Assembly (NCBI GenBank): GCA_964016885.1
Contig: OZ024740.1
Location: 197,098,001 to 197,162,000, forward strand
Length of the DNA: 64,000 nucleotides
Direction: 5' to 3'
Source of the DNA: Eledone cirrhosa
Taxonomy: Eukaryota
Shown: piece by piece, positions 1 through 13,660 of the stretch
Position numbering within the stretch: position 1 is the stretch's first letter
Layout: each line of letters begins with the position of its first letter
The notes under the pieces: generated by a model
The model's input: the letters and a program-made list of their open reading frames with translations, nothing else
Told to the model about the DNA's origin: nothing
Databases searched by the model: none
Translations under genes and position numbers: made by a program

Positions 1-1129
1 TACTACAATTTCAGGTCAGCCAATGCCTTGACAGCAATTTTGATTAACCAAAATTATGAAGAAGCCTATCAATAATGATCGGGTTTATAGTAAACAATAT
101 TTGATTTAATAATTCCTTGTCTACAACATTTTATGTAAAGATACTTGAATCTTCGATTTTCTTTGACCTTTCCCCTCTTGTCACTCTAGTCAACACCATA
201 TTTCATTTTACATTCATTTAAATCAATTGCGATAATTTTATTCCATATTTTCTTTAACCATTATCAAACATATATCCATCAAATTACGATGACTTTGTTC
301 GACCTATATATCTATATTCATTTTATTGTCCATGTATAACCAACAAACACTATCAGAAGTTAAGCAAATATTTCTTCTGAAAATGACCAAAATAACTCCA
401 CCATTCTCTGCTGATACTTTTTCAGTCTTCAAAGTTTTGACATACTTAACACTTACTTAAAATTAAGGTAGTGAATGGACAGGAATTCATAAACGCTTTC
501 CTTACCATATATCTAATGAAAAACACTTCCTATGATTTTCAGTTAATTTTGAAAATAATCAAGAATTTAGAGGGGTTTAGTAATGTAACGATTTTCTCAT
601 CAAGTTAGTGTTTGGAACATAACTTCACAAAAGTTCTTACATAAAATTAAAATGGAAGATTTTTAGAAAATATAAATACGTTAAAACAAACAGCTTTGTA
701 TCATAGAACCAGGGGCTGTTTCAAGCCGTTTTGGTATCAAAAGTGCTGATCTATAAATATCATTTCTCAACATACTCAGTTTTAATTCTATCTTGTCTAA
801 AATTACCCTTCTGGAGTTGATATGGGGGAGGGGGGGGGGGGGTAATTGACTATATCCCTCCCTTACTAGTTTGTGGTTTTCTGGTAACATTGAAAATCAA
901 ATCACCATCATTACCTATCAGCCAGTATCTGTGGCTTATAGTTATGTCCCTTTTGTTTATCAGTTTGAATTAGAAATCCAGAAAGCAACTTCATTTCAAA
1001 AGTGAAAAGAATTATCAGTGATCGAATGTAAATACAAATTTCAAGATAAGCATGATTCAAACCAAAAAAATTCTCTACATACATATATGTAAAGGCTACA
1101 CTGACATGATTGGTGCCAGTTAAAACCAT

Positions 1130-1292
1130 TGCATTTATGTTCTAAATTCAAATCCTGCCGAGGTTAGCTTTGCCTTTCATCCTTACAAGGGTCAATAAAA
1201 TATAGTTCCAGTAATGCTCAGGGGTAGATTTAATCAACGTTCCCCACCCCCACCCCCAAATTGTTGGCCTTGTGCCTAAATCTGAAGCCATT
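1130..1292 (+). mobile_element. SINE fragment, family B (GCCTTTCATCC...GTCGATAAAAT central domain)
   Basis: Related copies at 8177-8350(-), 23848-24050(+), 46610-46870(+), 59640-59812(-); box-B-like TTCAAATCC in the head. Confidence 0.7.
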
Positions 1293-1489
1293 ATCTATCA
1301 ACTATAATTTTTACTTGCATCCAACACAATGATGGACACACCATATTCTCTGTTACACAAAAACTCATCTAAAATAAGCTGTAAAATATTGTAAAATCTG
1401 CATATCTGTGTAGAAGTCTGCTCCAAGTTAACACATCGCTATTATTTATCTATATCCTATAAATAACAACTTCTGTGTTGTCATAATCC

Positions 1490-1880
1490 ATAAATATAGG
1501 CTTCTATGTTTAGTCATAATCCATGAATGGAGGTGTTAAATTTAGTCATGTTCCACCAATGAAGGTTTTAAGTTTAATCATATTCCACCAATGAAGGTTT
1601 TAAGTTTAGTTATATTCCACGAATGGAGGTGTTAAGTTTAGTCATATTCCACCAATGAAGGTTTTAAGTTTAATCATATTCCACCAATGAAGGTTTTAAG
1701 TTTAGTTATATTCCACCAATGGAGGTGTTAAATTTAGTCATATTCCACCAATGAAGGTTTTAAGTTTAATCATATTCCACCAATGAAGGTTTTAAGTTTA
1801 GTTATATTCCACCAATGGAGGTGTTAAGTTTAATCATATTCCACCAATGGAGGTGTTAAGTTTAGCCATCCTCCATGAAT
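1490..1880. repeat. 32-bp minisatellite (~12 copies) with 96-bp higher-order structure
   Basis: Unit tattccaccaatgaaggttttaagtttaatca recurs every 32 nt (1581, 1613, 1645...), and variants cycle A-B-C three times. Confidence 0.95.
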
Positions 1881-2029
1881 AAACGTTTCTATGATTTAAA
1901 TTCATAGAAGAAAACAGATTTGTGGATCAAACAGCAGCAGACTTTGGCCTTTAATTCATAGTTTAACTAACTGGAAAATAGCTATTGTAATTTTCTGAGA
2001 AAATATGATCGCGAATACAAGCGACTGAA

Positions 2030-2400
2030 AAGGGTTTTTTCCAAGGGGAATCTTTGGAATAACGTTACTTGATAGAGTGCATAGCTTGAAGATCGGAGAG
2101 ATGCTCCAGGTAGAGCTGGTACTTCTCCAAATTTAAACGATCACAGATCTGATATATGGACATGTGGTCAGAATGTCTCAGGAAAGAATTGCTGGACAGA
2201 TTTTAGGAGCAAAACCAACTGGCTGGAGGCTCAGGGGTAGACCCTGAGTAATATATGGTTGGATAACATCCATGAGCTCAGCTGGTCTTGCTTGGGGATC
2301 CCGTCGGATCAATTGGAGAAGGTTGCTTCTGACAGGACTCACTGTAGTGTTTGAGGAATACCCCTCCCCTCCAAACCATCTCAGGAATAAGTGTGCGAAG
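2030..2400 (+). mobile_element. Degenerate RTE-type LINE 3' fragment
   Basis: Remnant translation 'YGHVVRMSQERIAGQIL...RGRP', typical of RTE C-termini; interrupted. Confidence 0.55.
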
Positions 2401-2775
2401 GAAGAGGAGGAAAAGAAGAAAAAAGGGGGGGGAGAAGAACTTCCTGGGGAAAATCTACTTTTGATATAACCATTTTTTTTTTATTACAATTTTTGGGGTG
2501 AGATTTATATCACATTCACTTAGTACCACAGGAATTAAAGCTAAGCACTACCTAGATTAACCATTGTGGTTTTTAACTAATAAGAGATTATAGCACTGGA
2601 AAGACTAACACAACTATTGAAGGTCAATAAACTTAGTCACATACTGACTTGCTTAGTATTAGTATTTGAAGAATGATAATTGAAAAAGATCTCTCTCATT
2701 TCCAATACACATTTTTATTCTCTCCTACTAATATGTGTATATATATATATGTATACGTATGTATATATATAGTTA

Positions 2776-3000
2776 AGGCACATGGCTTAGTTGTTAGAGC
2801 ATCGGGCTTACAATTGTGAGGTTGTAAGTTCGATTCTCGGATCAGGCTTTGTGTTGTGTTCTTGAGCAAGACACTTTATTTCATGTTGCTCCAGTTCAGT
2901 CAGCTGTAGAAATGAGTTGTGATGTCACTGATGCCAAGCTGTATCAACCTTTGCCTTGGACAAAGTGGAGTGGAGAGGGGAGATTGGTATGCATGGGCAA
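2776..3000 (+). mobile_element. tRNA-derived CORE-like SINE, family A
   Basis: Box A TGGCTTAGTTG, box B GTTCGATTC, CORE-like 'cttgagcaagacacttt...cagctgtagaaatg'. Confidence 0.85.
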
Positions 3001-3089
3001 AGTGCAAAGTTTGGTGTAGATGTTGAAGAGTCCTTTATTAACACAGCTGTGATACATATTTCAATGACCATCATGGCTACGTGATCGTT

Positions 3090-3193
3090 CTATCTCATCA
3101 ACTGGAGCAATGTGAAAATAAAGTACCTTGCTCAACGATACAATGCATCATCCAGGCTGATTGCAAGCCCAGTGCTCTAACCACTAAGCCTTC
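3090..3193 (-). mobile_element. Family A SINE fragment, inverted relative to 2776-3000
   Basis: Reverse complement matches the SINE head/CORE. Confidence 0.7.
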
Positions 3194-5939
3194 ACATATA
3201 TATATGCTGACCTATTTTTTTTTATGGCCATTTTTTAATAAGTTACCCAACACTTAAATTTTTCTCTTTTTTTTTTCAACTCTAACAAATGTCATTTTTT
3301 TGTATTATTTTATTTTGTGTTTAATTTTTAAAAAAAACAGCCGGAAAAATATTTAAAAAAAGAAACAATACATAAAACCAACAACTTATAGGAAAGATCA
3401 TTAGTTTCAATGTTTCATGTTGCATGTGACATTTTCCTTTTGGCCAAGAATTGCTTACCCAATGCTGAGAGATGGAGTATTGCAATCTAGTATTTAATTT
3501 GTTTTGCATACACACACCAAAAAAAGAAAATAATAATGAAATGAAAAGCAATTGTTTGCTATTGATTCACAGAATAACTACTTTTGTTTTAATTAACAAA
3601 ATTACTAATTAAAGACAAAACTACCACTACACTTTAAAAAGTAGTGCACACACTTTAAAAGAACAGACACAAAAATGCTGTCAAGTGTTTGTTGTTTGCT
3701 AATATTTTTCATCTATCTCTTCATGTTAAAAACATTTCTCATTTATTTCTATGGCTGTGTAATGTTGTCTAATGGAGTTTATTGACACTACAGCTGATGC
3801 ACATAGTTATTATCTTTCTGAGAAAAGCACCACTCTAAGTAGCCAAATGGTAAGGCTGTTGAGTGAAATATATGGTGTTCAAAATGATCATCAGACAATA
3901 GGAAGTAGAACACCCATCAATTTTAAAGATGAGTGTTTATGTTGTTTGATCAATGGAATGGTATACTCATTAACTTAATGTGTACATGGCTGAATATTCT
4001 ATAGACGATGTAATTCTCTGGAACATTCAGCATGGAAAAGTGTGTGGCAAGGCTAGATTGTAATTGTAAATCAAAGAGTCAGCTTTGTCACACACTATAC
4101 TATGATGTCTATGGTAAAAGACACATGCTTAAGGTGTCATTCTTGGAATCTCATGATTGTGAAGAGAATTTCTTAACTATTCAGCCATTCTATCAAACAA
4201 TACTTTAGACTCTTTAGGCAAGGTTCAGTTTTTCTGTTTACCTAATTGTAAAGGAGGCCCCTATTGAACTTGTATTGAAATCTCTATAATATGATGTTGT
4301 TTAGCCCCAAGTCAACAAATATCAAGCAAACCCATGATCAAAAGCATTCCAGCTGTGATCATCACATCCTTTTCATGCATTATGTACTGCAGACTACATT
4401 ATCCAATCTCCTTTTTTAACCTTTAAATTCACACCTCACTGTCTTAAAAAAAGGAGATGCAGTTCTTGATATACAAAAAGACAGGTTCATCACAGCTGGA
4501 ATGTTTTCCATCATCGTTCTATTGTGGCTCAAAACAACTGACTTTGAACTAAACAATAACAACAAAAAAGACAAACAAATTGATGTTTTACATAATTCAT
4601 TCAATGTATAAGTGGAGAAAGTATCAGATTACCAACATATAAGTCTCAAGTTCAATTCCATTGCAGCCATGTTTAGTGTTTTTGTTTGCATTACACTTCA
4701 TTGTAAATATGCCAGTTTAATGGTGTCAGATTGCTTATTGTCAGTTTGTTTAGCTGTTGAGAACAGTAACAATAACATTTGTTAATACTGCCTGCAGTTG
4801 GCTGCAATCCTATTCAGATGTAGTTCAGTTAGCATTAACATATTTAATGCAATGTGAATATAAAAGCTAATTAAAATAATTAAGTGGTAAACTAAAAACA
4901 TCATTAACTCATCATTATCATAATCATCATCATCATTTAACATCTGTTTTCCTTGTAAGCAAGTGTTGGACAGGTTGTCAAAGTCCAGGTCAGTACTCAA
5001 GTGGAGCTACTGATCATTGAGATGGACTGAAGGCCTGCATCTTACTTGCAGACATTGCTGCACTCAAACAATTTCTCCAATCTGCCAGAAGGCCACATCA
5101 TGCTTACTTATGTTCCCTCACTCTACTAAGTGCATTTTATCATGGCACCAGCACTAGAGTGGTTGCCAGGTTTCCTACAGTTTAATAATACTAATATTAG
5201 TTTGATAATTTCAACAAGTATGGTAGACAACACCAAGCATGTTTTGGTTTTATCATATTTCTTCTAATGAAAATTTATCTTTCATTTACTTATTATTATG
5301 AAGCAGGAGCTAAGAATTGACCCTTGGGATTTGTTGATGTTTAGATCAAAGACATTGAATGTACCTATGATCAAAAGCTTCCTAGCAAGGACCATTGTAG
5401 TTTGTTTCCAGAAATAATGTATCTATAACTACATTATTCAATGTGTCTTTTTTTATTTCTTAGACAGCAGTATTGACAATAAGAAAAAAACCTTGTGATC
5501 ATTGAGTGTCAAAATGGATGTACACCGTTTTGATCCCTATTGATGGTACTGCTGGTCCATTCGAGTCAGTGTCTGCCAAAGTAGTCAAACACTGTCCTAG
5601 GAGTATTAAGATGAAAAGAAGATGAAATTTATGTGCATAATTCCAATGTATGACATTTAAGTCAAACATTATGTGATGAAGTTGGTCAGTTGGACCTGGA
5701 GATGAAAATAAACATAGGAAATGATTTGCAGATAGGAAAATGTAGGCTGGCAATAAGGATACAAAAATTACTCATTTTCTAATGTTTATCCTCATGTTAT
5801 AGTCTCCCATCATAATTTTATTTAAGAAACTTTTGTTAAGTAATGTTCTAAATATCAGTTTACTAGTGAGAGAGTTATTTTATTAAATTCCTCCAAATAT
5901 TTGATTATTTTCAAAGTTAATTGAAATATATTGATAATA

Positions 5940-6300
5940 TAAGCCATATAAGAGGATTAATGGCACAATCACACAAATGCTGAGAAAGGTCCAGAACATA
6001 TCCTGGAAGACACACGTAACAAATAAATTGCTCTACAGTTCATACTCTCTCTTTTCTGACATAAGGCATTGGAGGCTCACATTAGTCGGACATGTGAAAT
6101 GTCACAATGAACTTGCTGGTAGAGTTCTTTTCTGGAAACCAGATATGTGCAGACAAGTTCAGAGACCAACCATCCCACTGAAGGATGTTCTAGAAGAGGA
6201 CACCAGGTTGAAGGCAGGGGAAATTCAAATGGCAATGCTGGACAGGTTGAGCTGGGGGAGGAACTTCGTCATGACATCAATAATGGATGTATAGCAGAAG
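5940..6300 (+). mobile_element. RTE-type LINE 3' fragment
   Basis: ORF 5977-6294 'MLRKVQNISWKTHVTNK..RLTLVGHV..VLFWKP'; related to 33900-34214. Confidence 0.75.
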
Positions 6301-6346
6301 AAGAAGCCATGTATTTCATTAGAAATGTGCTAATGAAAGGGTTTAA

Positions 6347-6562
6347 CCCTCAAGCATTTACATTACTCTATATTTACTATTATATTTTCACGGTAAAGGC
6401 TTTATCTTACATAATATTTCACATGATATCGAATCTATGAAATTTTGATATTATTTTGAGAACAATACCTTAACATCAGTATGAGTGACCAGTTACAACC
6501 GGTTTTAACAGAAAGAGGTGAGCGAATTCTGGCCAGATATGGCTGGTTTAAATGCTTACGGG
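6347..6562. mobile_element. piggyBac-like MITE (copy 1)
   Basis: Degenerate TIRs CCCTCAAGCATT / AATGCTTACGGG, flanked by TTAA on the left and TTTAA on the right; internal sequence shared with 3 other copies. Confidence 0.8.
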
Positions 6563-7949
6563 TTTAACTCACTTCTTTCTTCCTATCATGATCAGCTTCC
6601 CTTCTGGAAGAAACTGTTAGAAACACTATAGCCTCTCATTTCATGCACCATTGCTAGGTTCTATTTTGTGTATTTCAGTAATGAAGTGTTACTTCCTCCA
6701 TTGATTTCAGTGATGAACATTCAGTTGTTTAATCAACTGATCATCAAAATCATGAATTAATGTGTAAGTGGTTGAGTATTCCATAGACAAATATACTCTT
6801 AATATAATTCCCAAGTTGAATATCATCATAACACAATATGTGATAAGGCTGGACCTTTGGATTTAAAGCACAGTCCACCTGATAGACTTCTACTCAGATT
6901 CTATCTACCTAATTTCAGTCACAGGGCTTGGGTTGATCTAAGGCTATAGCAAAGACACTTAGTGAAGATGCCAGGCAGTGGGATAAAACTCAGGACCGCA
7001 CGTGTGTGTGAAGCAAACATTATAACCACTCTGCCGTGCCTCAGTCCAATCATATGCTTGCATTGAAACACAACATTAACTCAACTATTCTCTCCCAATC
7101 TACCAGAACTTCAATGGGCTAACAGTAATGCATTTCTTATTTACATGCAACAATAAAATAAAAAGCCACAATTTCTTGTATGTAAGTTTGTAGTAGTATT
7201 AGTAAGTACAAACTGGAGTAATATCCTTAAACATATGGTATTAATTATTCTGCTTGATGTTATGATAATACCTGTCAGTAGAAGTAGACCTTTTAAAATG
7301 AATTAATATGAAAGGAGATCCCTACTTCCTTCAGATTTCTGAAATTCTTCTTGGGTTTTTAAGCATTTAAAATGATGATAGTTTGCCAGTAATATCAAGT
7401 CACTCTAATTCATCTCCCTATCTTAGTAATTTCGTGTATTTATTTATTTTTGTTCCTTGCAACAACACATCTGCCATTTCAGAGTAAAGTGGTACAAGCG
7501 AAGTGAGGGTCAGGGCTCAATTAATCATTAAAAACCTGATTTATAGGTGCTGCTCTATGAACAGTTCTCCCCTCCATCATTGAAAATACTATTATATACT
7601 ATTGAAATATGGGATCCCCAAATACTGGCTGTCAGCTCCAAAAACATTTTTTTCCCTCAATAATACAAATAGCAGAAAAAAACTATTAAACAGAACTATT
7701 CATCACTGCCACTATTTTAAAAGAAGTCTAATAATAACAATGATGATGATGATATTTAAAATTATTTTTGCTTTCTTTTTTTTCATGACTATTAAGCTTA
7801 ACATTTATTTATAGCAGAGGATGTTGAAAGAAAATTTGTATTTGTTTAATGCCTTTTACAAGTGTATTAGCAATGTAAATATAGAGATAATCAAAAATAA
7901 GGCCACAGAGTCTTATTTGCTAAGAACTTACCACTACATATAACAATAA

Positions 7950-8152
7950 GAATTTCTTTATTGGCCACTAGGGCCTACATATAGGGGACAATAAAAAAAA
8001 ACAGAGACAGTGGGGTTTTACAATAAAATCGAGTCAAAAAAACAAATTAACAAAAACAATTAACAATAAAATTTCCCCAATAGGGAGGAGAACCACCCAG
8101 GGGCGACTCAGGTACCCCACTAATCCTGAACCACCCGATGCTTCAAGGGCTC
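7950..8152 (-). mobile_element. 3' tail fragment resembling the Tx1/L1 element at 25.9-30.8 kb
   Basis: Reverse complement ends '...gccctagtggccaataaagaaa', similar to 30745-30768; a weaker copy lies at ~8410-8465. Confidence 0.55.
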
Positions 8153-8176
8153 CCAATAATAATAATAATAATAATG

Positions 8177-8350
8177 TTTCTACTTTTGGCACAAGGCCAG
8201 CAATTACCCCATTGCATTACAGGTGCTTTATTTTATCGACCTCGTAAGGATGAAAGGCAAAATTAACCTCGGCAGATTTGAACCCAGAACGTAAAGGGCC
8301 ATAACTCTATGCTGAAAAGCATGGTGTCTGACGCTCTACTGATACTGCCA
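8177..8350 (-). mobile_element. SINE family B
   Basis: Highly similar to 59640-59812 and to the reverse complement of 23848-24050. Confidence 0.8.
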
Positions 8351-8710
8351 AACCAAATAATAAACATAATAATTGTGATGATGATAATAATCCTTAATCT
8401 GTTTTTTAATTATTTCTTTTATTGGTCACAAGGGCCCAAGTCATTGTGGATGATACAGGAACAAAAGGGTGATATTTCCATCCAGTAATGGAAAGAAGCA
8501 GAGGCATAACTAGGGAAAATAGCACCTATGGCAAGCAGTGAAATTGTGCCTCTGCCCACCATTCTATTTTTAACTATGGACTTAATAATTCATATAAATA
8601 GTTTAGGTATCTAGCCACCATAGTGCTTCTCACCCATGATAATCAAAGACAGATCATAGTTTATCTGACTTAAATAGAAAGTGCTCAAAGTTCAAGTAAC
8701 AGCCCACTTC

Positions 8711-8809
8711 AAGTGATGCCCATGGCACAAGTGATGCCCATGGCACAAGTGATGCCCATGGCACAAGTGATGCCCATGGCACAAGTGATGCCCATGGCAC
8801 AAGCGATGC
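8711..8809. repeat. 18-bp tandem repeat (aagtgatgcccatggcac) x5.5
   Basis: Five exact units from 8711 to 8800 plus a partial unit. Confidence 0.97.
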
Positions 8810-9341
8810 TTGCCATACAATAGTTACACCTCTGGAAAGAGGGCATCACTGAAGAGAAAACAATAGGGATAACAATAATGGAAATTATTATAAATGTACA
8901 TCAGAATGAGAAACAATAATAACAAATATCAACAAAGACTGGTTCTCCATTAGTGGAGAGAACTGTACTTTAGGATGATTCCAAGGAGAACCCTACTCAA
9001 AACAATGGGTTACTCTGTTGCTTCACAGGCGTTGAAAATTATATATATATATATAAATTCCATGTTGAAGTTGGTTATGTCCATAGATATGCCAAGCAAA
9101 AATTAATGTTGGACCAGGTCATATCTCAGATCCGTTTGTCTGTTCATGCCACATAACTCCACCCCTATCACTTAGCGAAGTTTGAAGGAACTATTGATGG
9201 CAGTGGTGGTTCTTTTTATCTGATCTCCTTTCAGCCCTACCTGGAATGGTTGAACCTGCCAGGAACAGACACCCACCAGTGTAGCTCCTTGGATCACAGA
9301 GATACGCAATACCTCACCACAAAGTCAAAGTGGAAATTATT

Positions 9342-9393
<52 letters not shown>

Positions 9394-9394
<1 letters not shown>

Positions 9395-11158
9395 CATTGT
9401 CAACTGCTACAAAGGTAAAGGTGATGCACTCGATAGAGGAAACTATAGAGGTATAAAGCTGATGGACCAGGTCATGAAAGTAACAGAAAGAGTTATAGCA
9501 CAGTTGATTAGGGACCGGGTGAAACTAGATGAGATGCAATTTGGGTTTGTACCAGGAAGAGGCACCACTGATGCCTTCTTCCTTGTGAGGCAGTTACAGG
9601 AAAAGTACCTAGCTAAAAGTAAGCCACTCTACCTGGCATTCGTCGATCTCGAGAAAGCCTTTGACAGAGTTCCACGTGCTGTAATCTGGTGGGCTCTTAG
9701 AAAACTAGGAGTAGATGAATGGCTTGTGAAAGCTGTACAAGCCATGTATAGGGGAGCAGTCAGCAAAGTTAGGATTAGCAATGAGTATAGCGAAGAATTT
9801 AGTGTACAGGTTGGGGTCCACCAGGGCTCTGTTCTTAGCCCTCTCCTGTTCATCATAGTCCTGCAGGCAATAACGGAGGAGTTTAAGACCAGATGCCCAT
9901 GGGAACTCCTGTATGCTGATGACCTCGCACTTATAGCTGAATCTATGGAAGAACTAGAGAAGAAATTCCAAACTTGGAAGCAGGGACTAGAAAGAAAGGG
10001 TCTCAAAGTCAACATGACAAAGACTAAGGTAAGTGGACGAGAAAACAGAACCCAGATCCCCTCAGGGAAATGGCCTTGCTCAGTATGTAGGAAAGCTGTA
10101 GGTAGGAACTCCATTATCTGCCCCAAATGCAAACAATCGGTACACAAGAGATGTAGCGGGATCTCAGGAAGCTTAATTAAGAATGTAGGCTTCACATGCA
10201 GCAGCTGTACTGGGACAGCAAGCAGCAAACAGCCACAGGAAACAAGTACCACCAATCTCTGGGAGGGCTCTGTAGAGACAGTAGACAGCTTCTGCTACCT
10301 AGGTGACCGAATTAGCAGCGGAGGTGGGTGTTCAGAAAGTACAATAACTAGGGTAAGAACGGGATGGAAGAAGTTCAGGGAACTACTACCACTGCTAGCT
10401 GCAAAAGGCTTCTCCCTCAAAATGAAAGGCAGACTATATGATGCGTGTATCCGAACAGCAATGTTACATGGTAGTGAGACCTGGGCGCTGAAGGTGGAAG
10501 ACTTACGTAGAATAGAGAGAAACGAAGCCCGCATGCTCCGATGGATGTGTAATACGCGAACGACAAAGCATAAATGAATTGAGAGAGAGACTGAGCATAA
10601 GAGGAATCAAATGTTGTGTGCAGGAGAGGCGGTTGCGTTGGTATGGACATGTGATGCGTATGAAGGATGACAACTGCATAAAAAGGTGGAGAGCACTAGA
10701 AGTCGATGGAAACCGCGGAGTGGGGAGACCCAAGATGACCTGGGATGAGGTGATAAAAGCCGACCTTACCCAATTACACCTCTCAAAGGCGATGACACAC
10801 GACCGTGACTTCTGGCGTCACGCAGTAATACAGAGTACCCGACCTCCCATGGGTACAAGCTGAAGCATATAGACAATATGCCCCCACACCCTCCCACTGC
10901 AAGGTGGTCGTGGATGTGCCACGGCAAAAAAGCACCCAGCCCACACTGTAAAGTGGACGTGTAGGCACCACGGAAAAAGCACCCAGCACTCACTGTAAAT
11001 GAGGTTGGTGTTAGGAAGGGCATCCAGCTGTAGAAATCAAGCCAAATCAGTTCCTGTATGAGCAAGGCATGGTCAGCCGACCAGACACTGCCCACAACAG
11101 GACAACCCATCTAACCCATGCTAGCGTGGAAGAACAGACATAAAACGGTGATGATGAT
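9394..11158 (+). mobile_element. 5'-truncated RTE-clade LINE: RT, PHD-like finger, C-terminus, 3'UTR, (GAT)n tail
   Basis: RT motifs QFGF..GRGTTDA, FVDLEKAFD, GVHQGSVLSP, YADD (9912-9923); C4HC3 cluster at 10077-10208; break near 10577; tail 'ggtgatgatgat'. Confidence 0.93.
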
Positions 11159-11736
11159 ATATTCATCCGATCCTCATATCTGAGGGTTGGGGATCATGGA
11201 CTTATCAACCAACACCCATTGCTGAACATTCTGCCATCCTCTGCCTGTATTCATCCCTCAAGGATGTGGGTAGTCAAATTTGGGGCCCAGATAACATGAC
11301 CAAAGTAGTGAAGTTTCCTTTTCCTTACTGTTTCAACCAACTGTGGATTGCTACCAATCTCTTCCAGGACAGATTCATTTGTTCTGTGAGCTGTCTAGCT
11401 AATTCTAAGTGCACGCCTATAGCATGCAATTATACATGTATACGGTTGTGTTTGTAAACACACTATTGTATAGCCATTGACTCTATTGAGATCATCTATT
11501 CTTTATGACTTATTTTTGTTTTTCATTCTGCAGAGTGTCCACTAATCACCCTCCTCACCAAGCTAACAAGCTTGGAGGGGTTGCTAGTTTAGTCGCCAGC
11601 CGCCTGGCTATGTATGTATATATGTATATGTGTACATGCACACACATACATATATGTATTTATATATATATATGTGTATATATATCATCATCATCATCAT
11701 CGATTGACGCCTATCTTCCACGCTAGCATGGATTTA

Positions 11737-11739
<3 letters not shown>

Positions 11740-11830
<91 letters not shown>

Positions 11831-11848
11831 ATGTATATATATGTATAT

Positions 11849-11880
<32 letters not shown>

Positions 11881-11903
11881 ATGTATATATATATATATGT
11901 ATA

Positions 11904-11955
<52 letters not shown>

Positions 11956-12303
11956 AAGTATATGTATATATATATGTATATGTATATATATATGTATATG
12001 TATATATATGTATGTATATATGTATATGTATATATATGTATATATATGTATATATATATATATATATAAAGTATATGTATATATATGTATGTATATATAT
12101 GTATATATATATATGTATATGTATATATATGTATATATATATATGTATATATATATATGTATATATATGTATATATATGTATATATATATATGTATATAT
12201 ATATGTATATATATGTGTATATATATGTATATATATATGTATATATATGTATATATGTGTATATATGTATATATATGTGTATATATATATATGTATATAT
12301 ATG

Positions 12304-12334
<31 letters not shown>

Positions 12335-12860
12335 GTGTATATATATATATGTGTACATGTGTATGTCTATATATATATGTGTGTACATGTGTATGTGTAT
12401 ATATATATATGTGTACATGTGTATGTCTATATATATATATGTGTACATGTGTATGTCTGTATATATATATGTGTACATGTGTATGTCTATATATATATAT
12501 GTGTACATGTGTATGTCTATATATATATATGTGTACATGTGTATGTCTATATATATATATGTGTACATGTGTATGTCTATATATATATATGTGTACATGT
12601 GTATGTCTATATATATATATGTGTACATGTGTATGTCTATATATATATATGTGTACATGTGTGTGTGTATATGTATATATGTGTGTACATGTGTGTGTGT
12701 ATATATATATGTGTGTACATGTGTGTGTGTGTATATATATATATGTGCGTACATGTGTGTGTGTGTGTATATATATATATGTGTGTATGTATGTATGTAT
12801 GTATGTATATACACACACACACATACATAATTTCATACATACATATGTGTGTGTGTGTGC
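11740..12860. repeat. (TA)n/(TG)n microsatellite array with a 30-bp sub-array
   Basis: Unit gtgtacatgtgtatgtctatatatatatat x~10 at 12351-12660. Confidence 0.98.
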
Positions 12861-13400
12861 ACGCACTTCACAATGCACTTTCAGCATAGAGTAGTTAAGG
12901 GTGGCTGAATTCACATGAATAAAAAATGGCCTTTTGATATCGTAGTTGACTGCTGTTTGGTTATTTATTGTAAGCTATCATGTTGTTTCTCAATATACTT
13001 CATCATCTCACCATCAACTATTTTCAAACACTACCACTTCCACCCTAATACAAACAACTGCACCACCAGCAGTTTGCTAGATGTTTACTACCTCTAGATT
13101 GTGCTAGATTTTTCCTCTTTAGAGTTTTTGATATATCATCTGTGTTGTTCTGTTGTTGATTGTTGTGTGTGCTATATAACAAAACAAAATTGTGTAAGGG
13201 TGTGTTTAGGGTGAGTGTGGGGTGGGTGATAAATATAACCCACAGCCTACTATTCCTCTCTCCTCCATTTTCACTGAAAACAAAAAAATATATGGAAAAA
13301 CTACCCAAAGAAATTCAACGGAACGAAAACTTAAAGGAAAATAAGTGGGGTAAAAAAAGAACTAACATCACCACCAAACCCTCTATTTAACAGAACCTCC

Positions 13401-13401
13401 T

Positions 13402-13446
<45 letters not shown>

Positions 13447-13660
13447 ATAGTAGTGTTGGTGGTGGTGATGTAATTGTGTTGGTGTTGAATAGTCGTAGTA
13501 TTAACATTGGTAAAGTAGTAATGGTGGTAACATAATAGTATTTGATAACAGGTAGTGGTATTGTTATTAGTAAAAGTTGTAGTAGCAATGATGATGGTAG
13601 TGGTGGTGTATGATGTAATCTTATTAACAGTAAGTAGTAGTAGTAGCAGCAGCAGCAGTA
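13401..13660. repeat. (GTA)n/(GGT)n low-complexity tract
   Basis: Direct inspection. Confidence 0.9.

Noticed and set aside
824-842. Poly-G/poly-C runs (also 22573-22591, 24237-24256) as G-quadruplex regulators
   Set aside because: Simple homopolymers with no supporting context.
1490-1880. CRISPR-like 32-bp repeats
   Set aside because: Units are contiguous with no unique spacers, there are no cas genes, and the context is eukaryotic.
9629-10255. 208-aa minus-strand ORF and other antisense ORFs over LINEs
   Set aside because: Shadows of RT coding frames with no independent motifs.
11697-12914. Long Y/I/H/T/M/C/V-rich ORFs
   Set aside because: Stop-free translations of TA/TG microsatellite in all frames.
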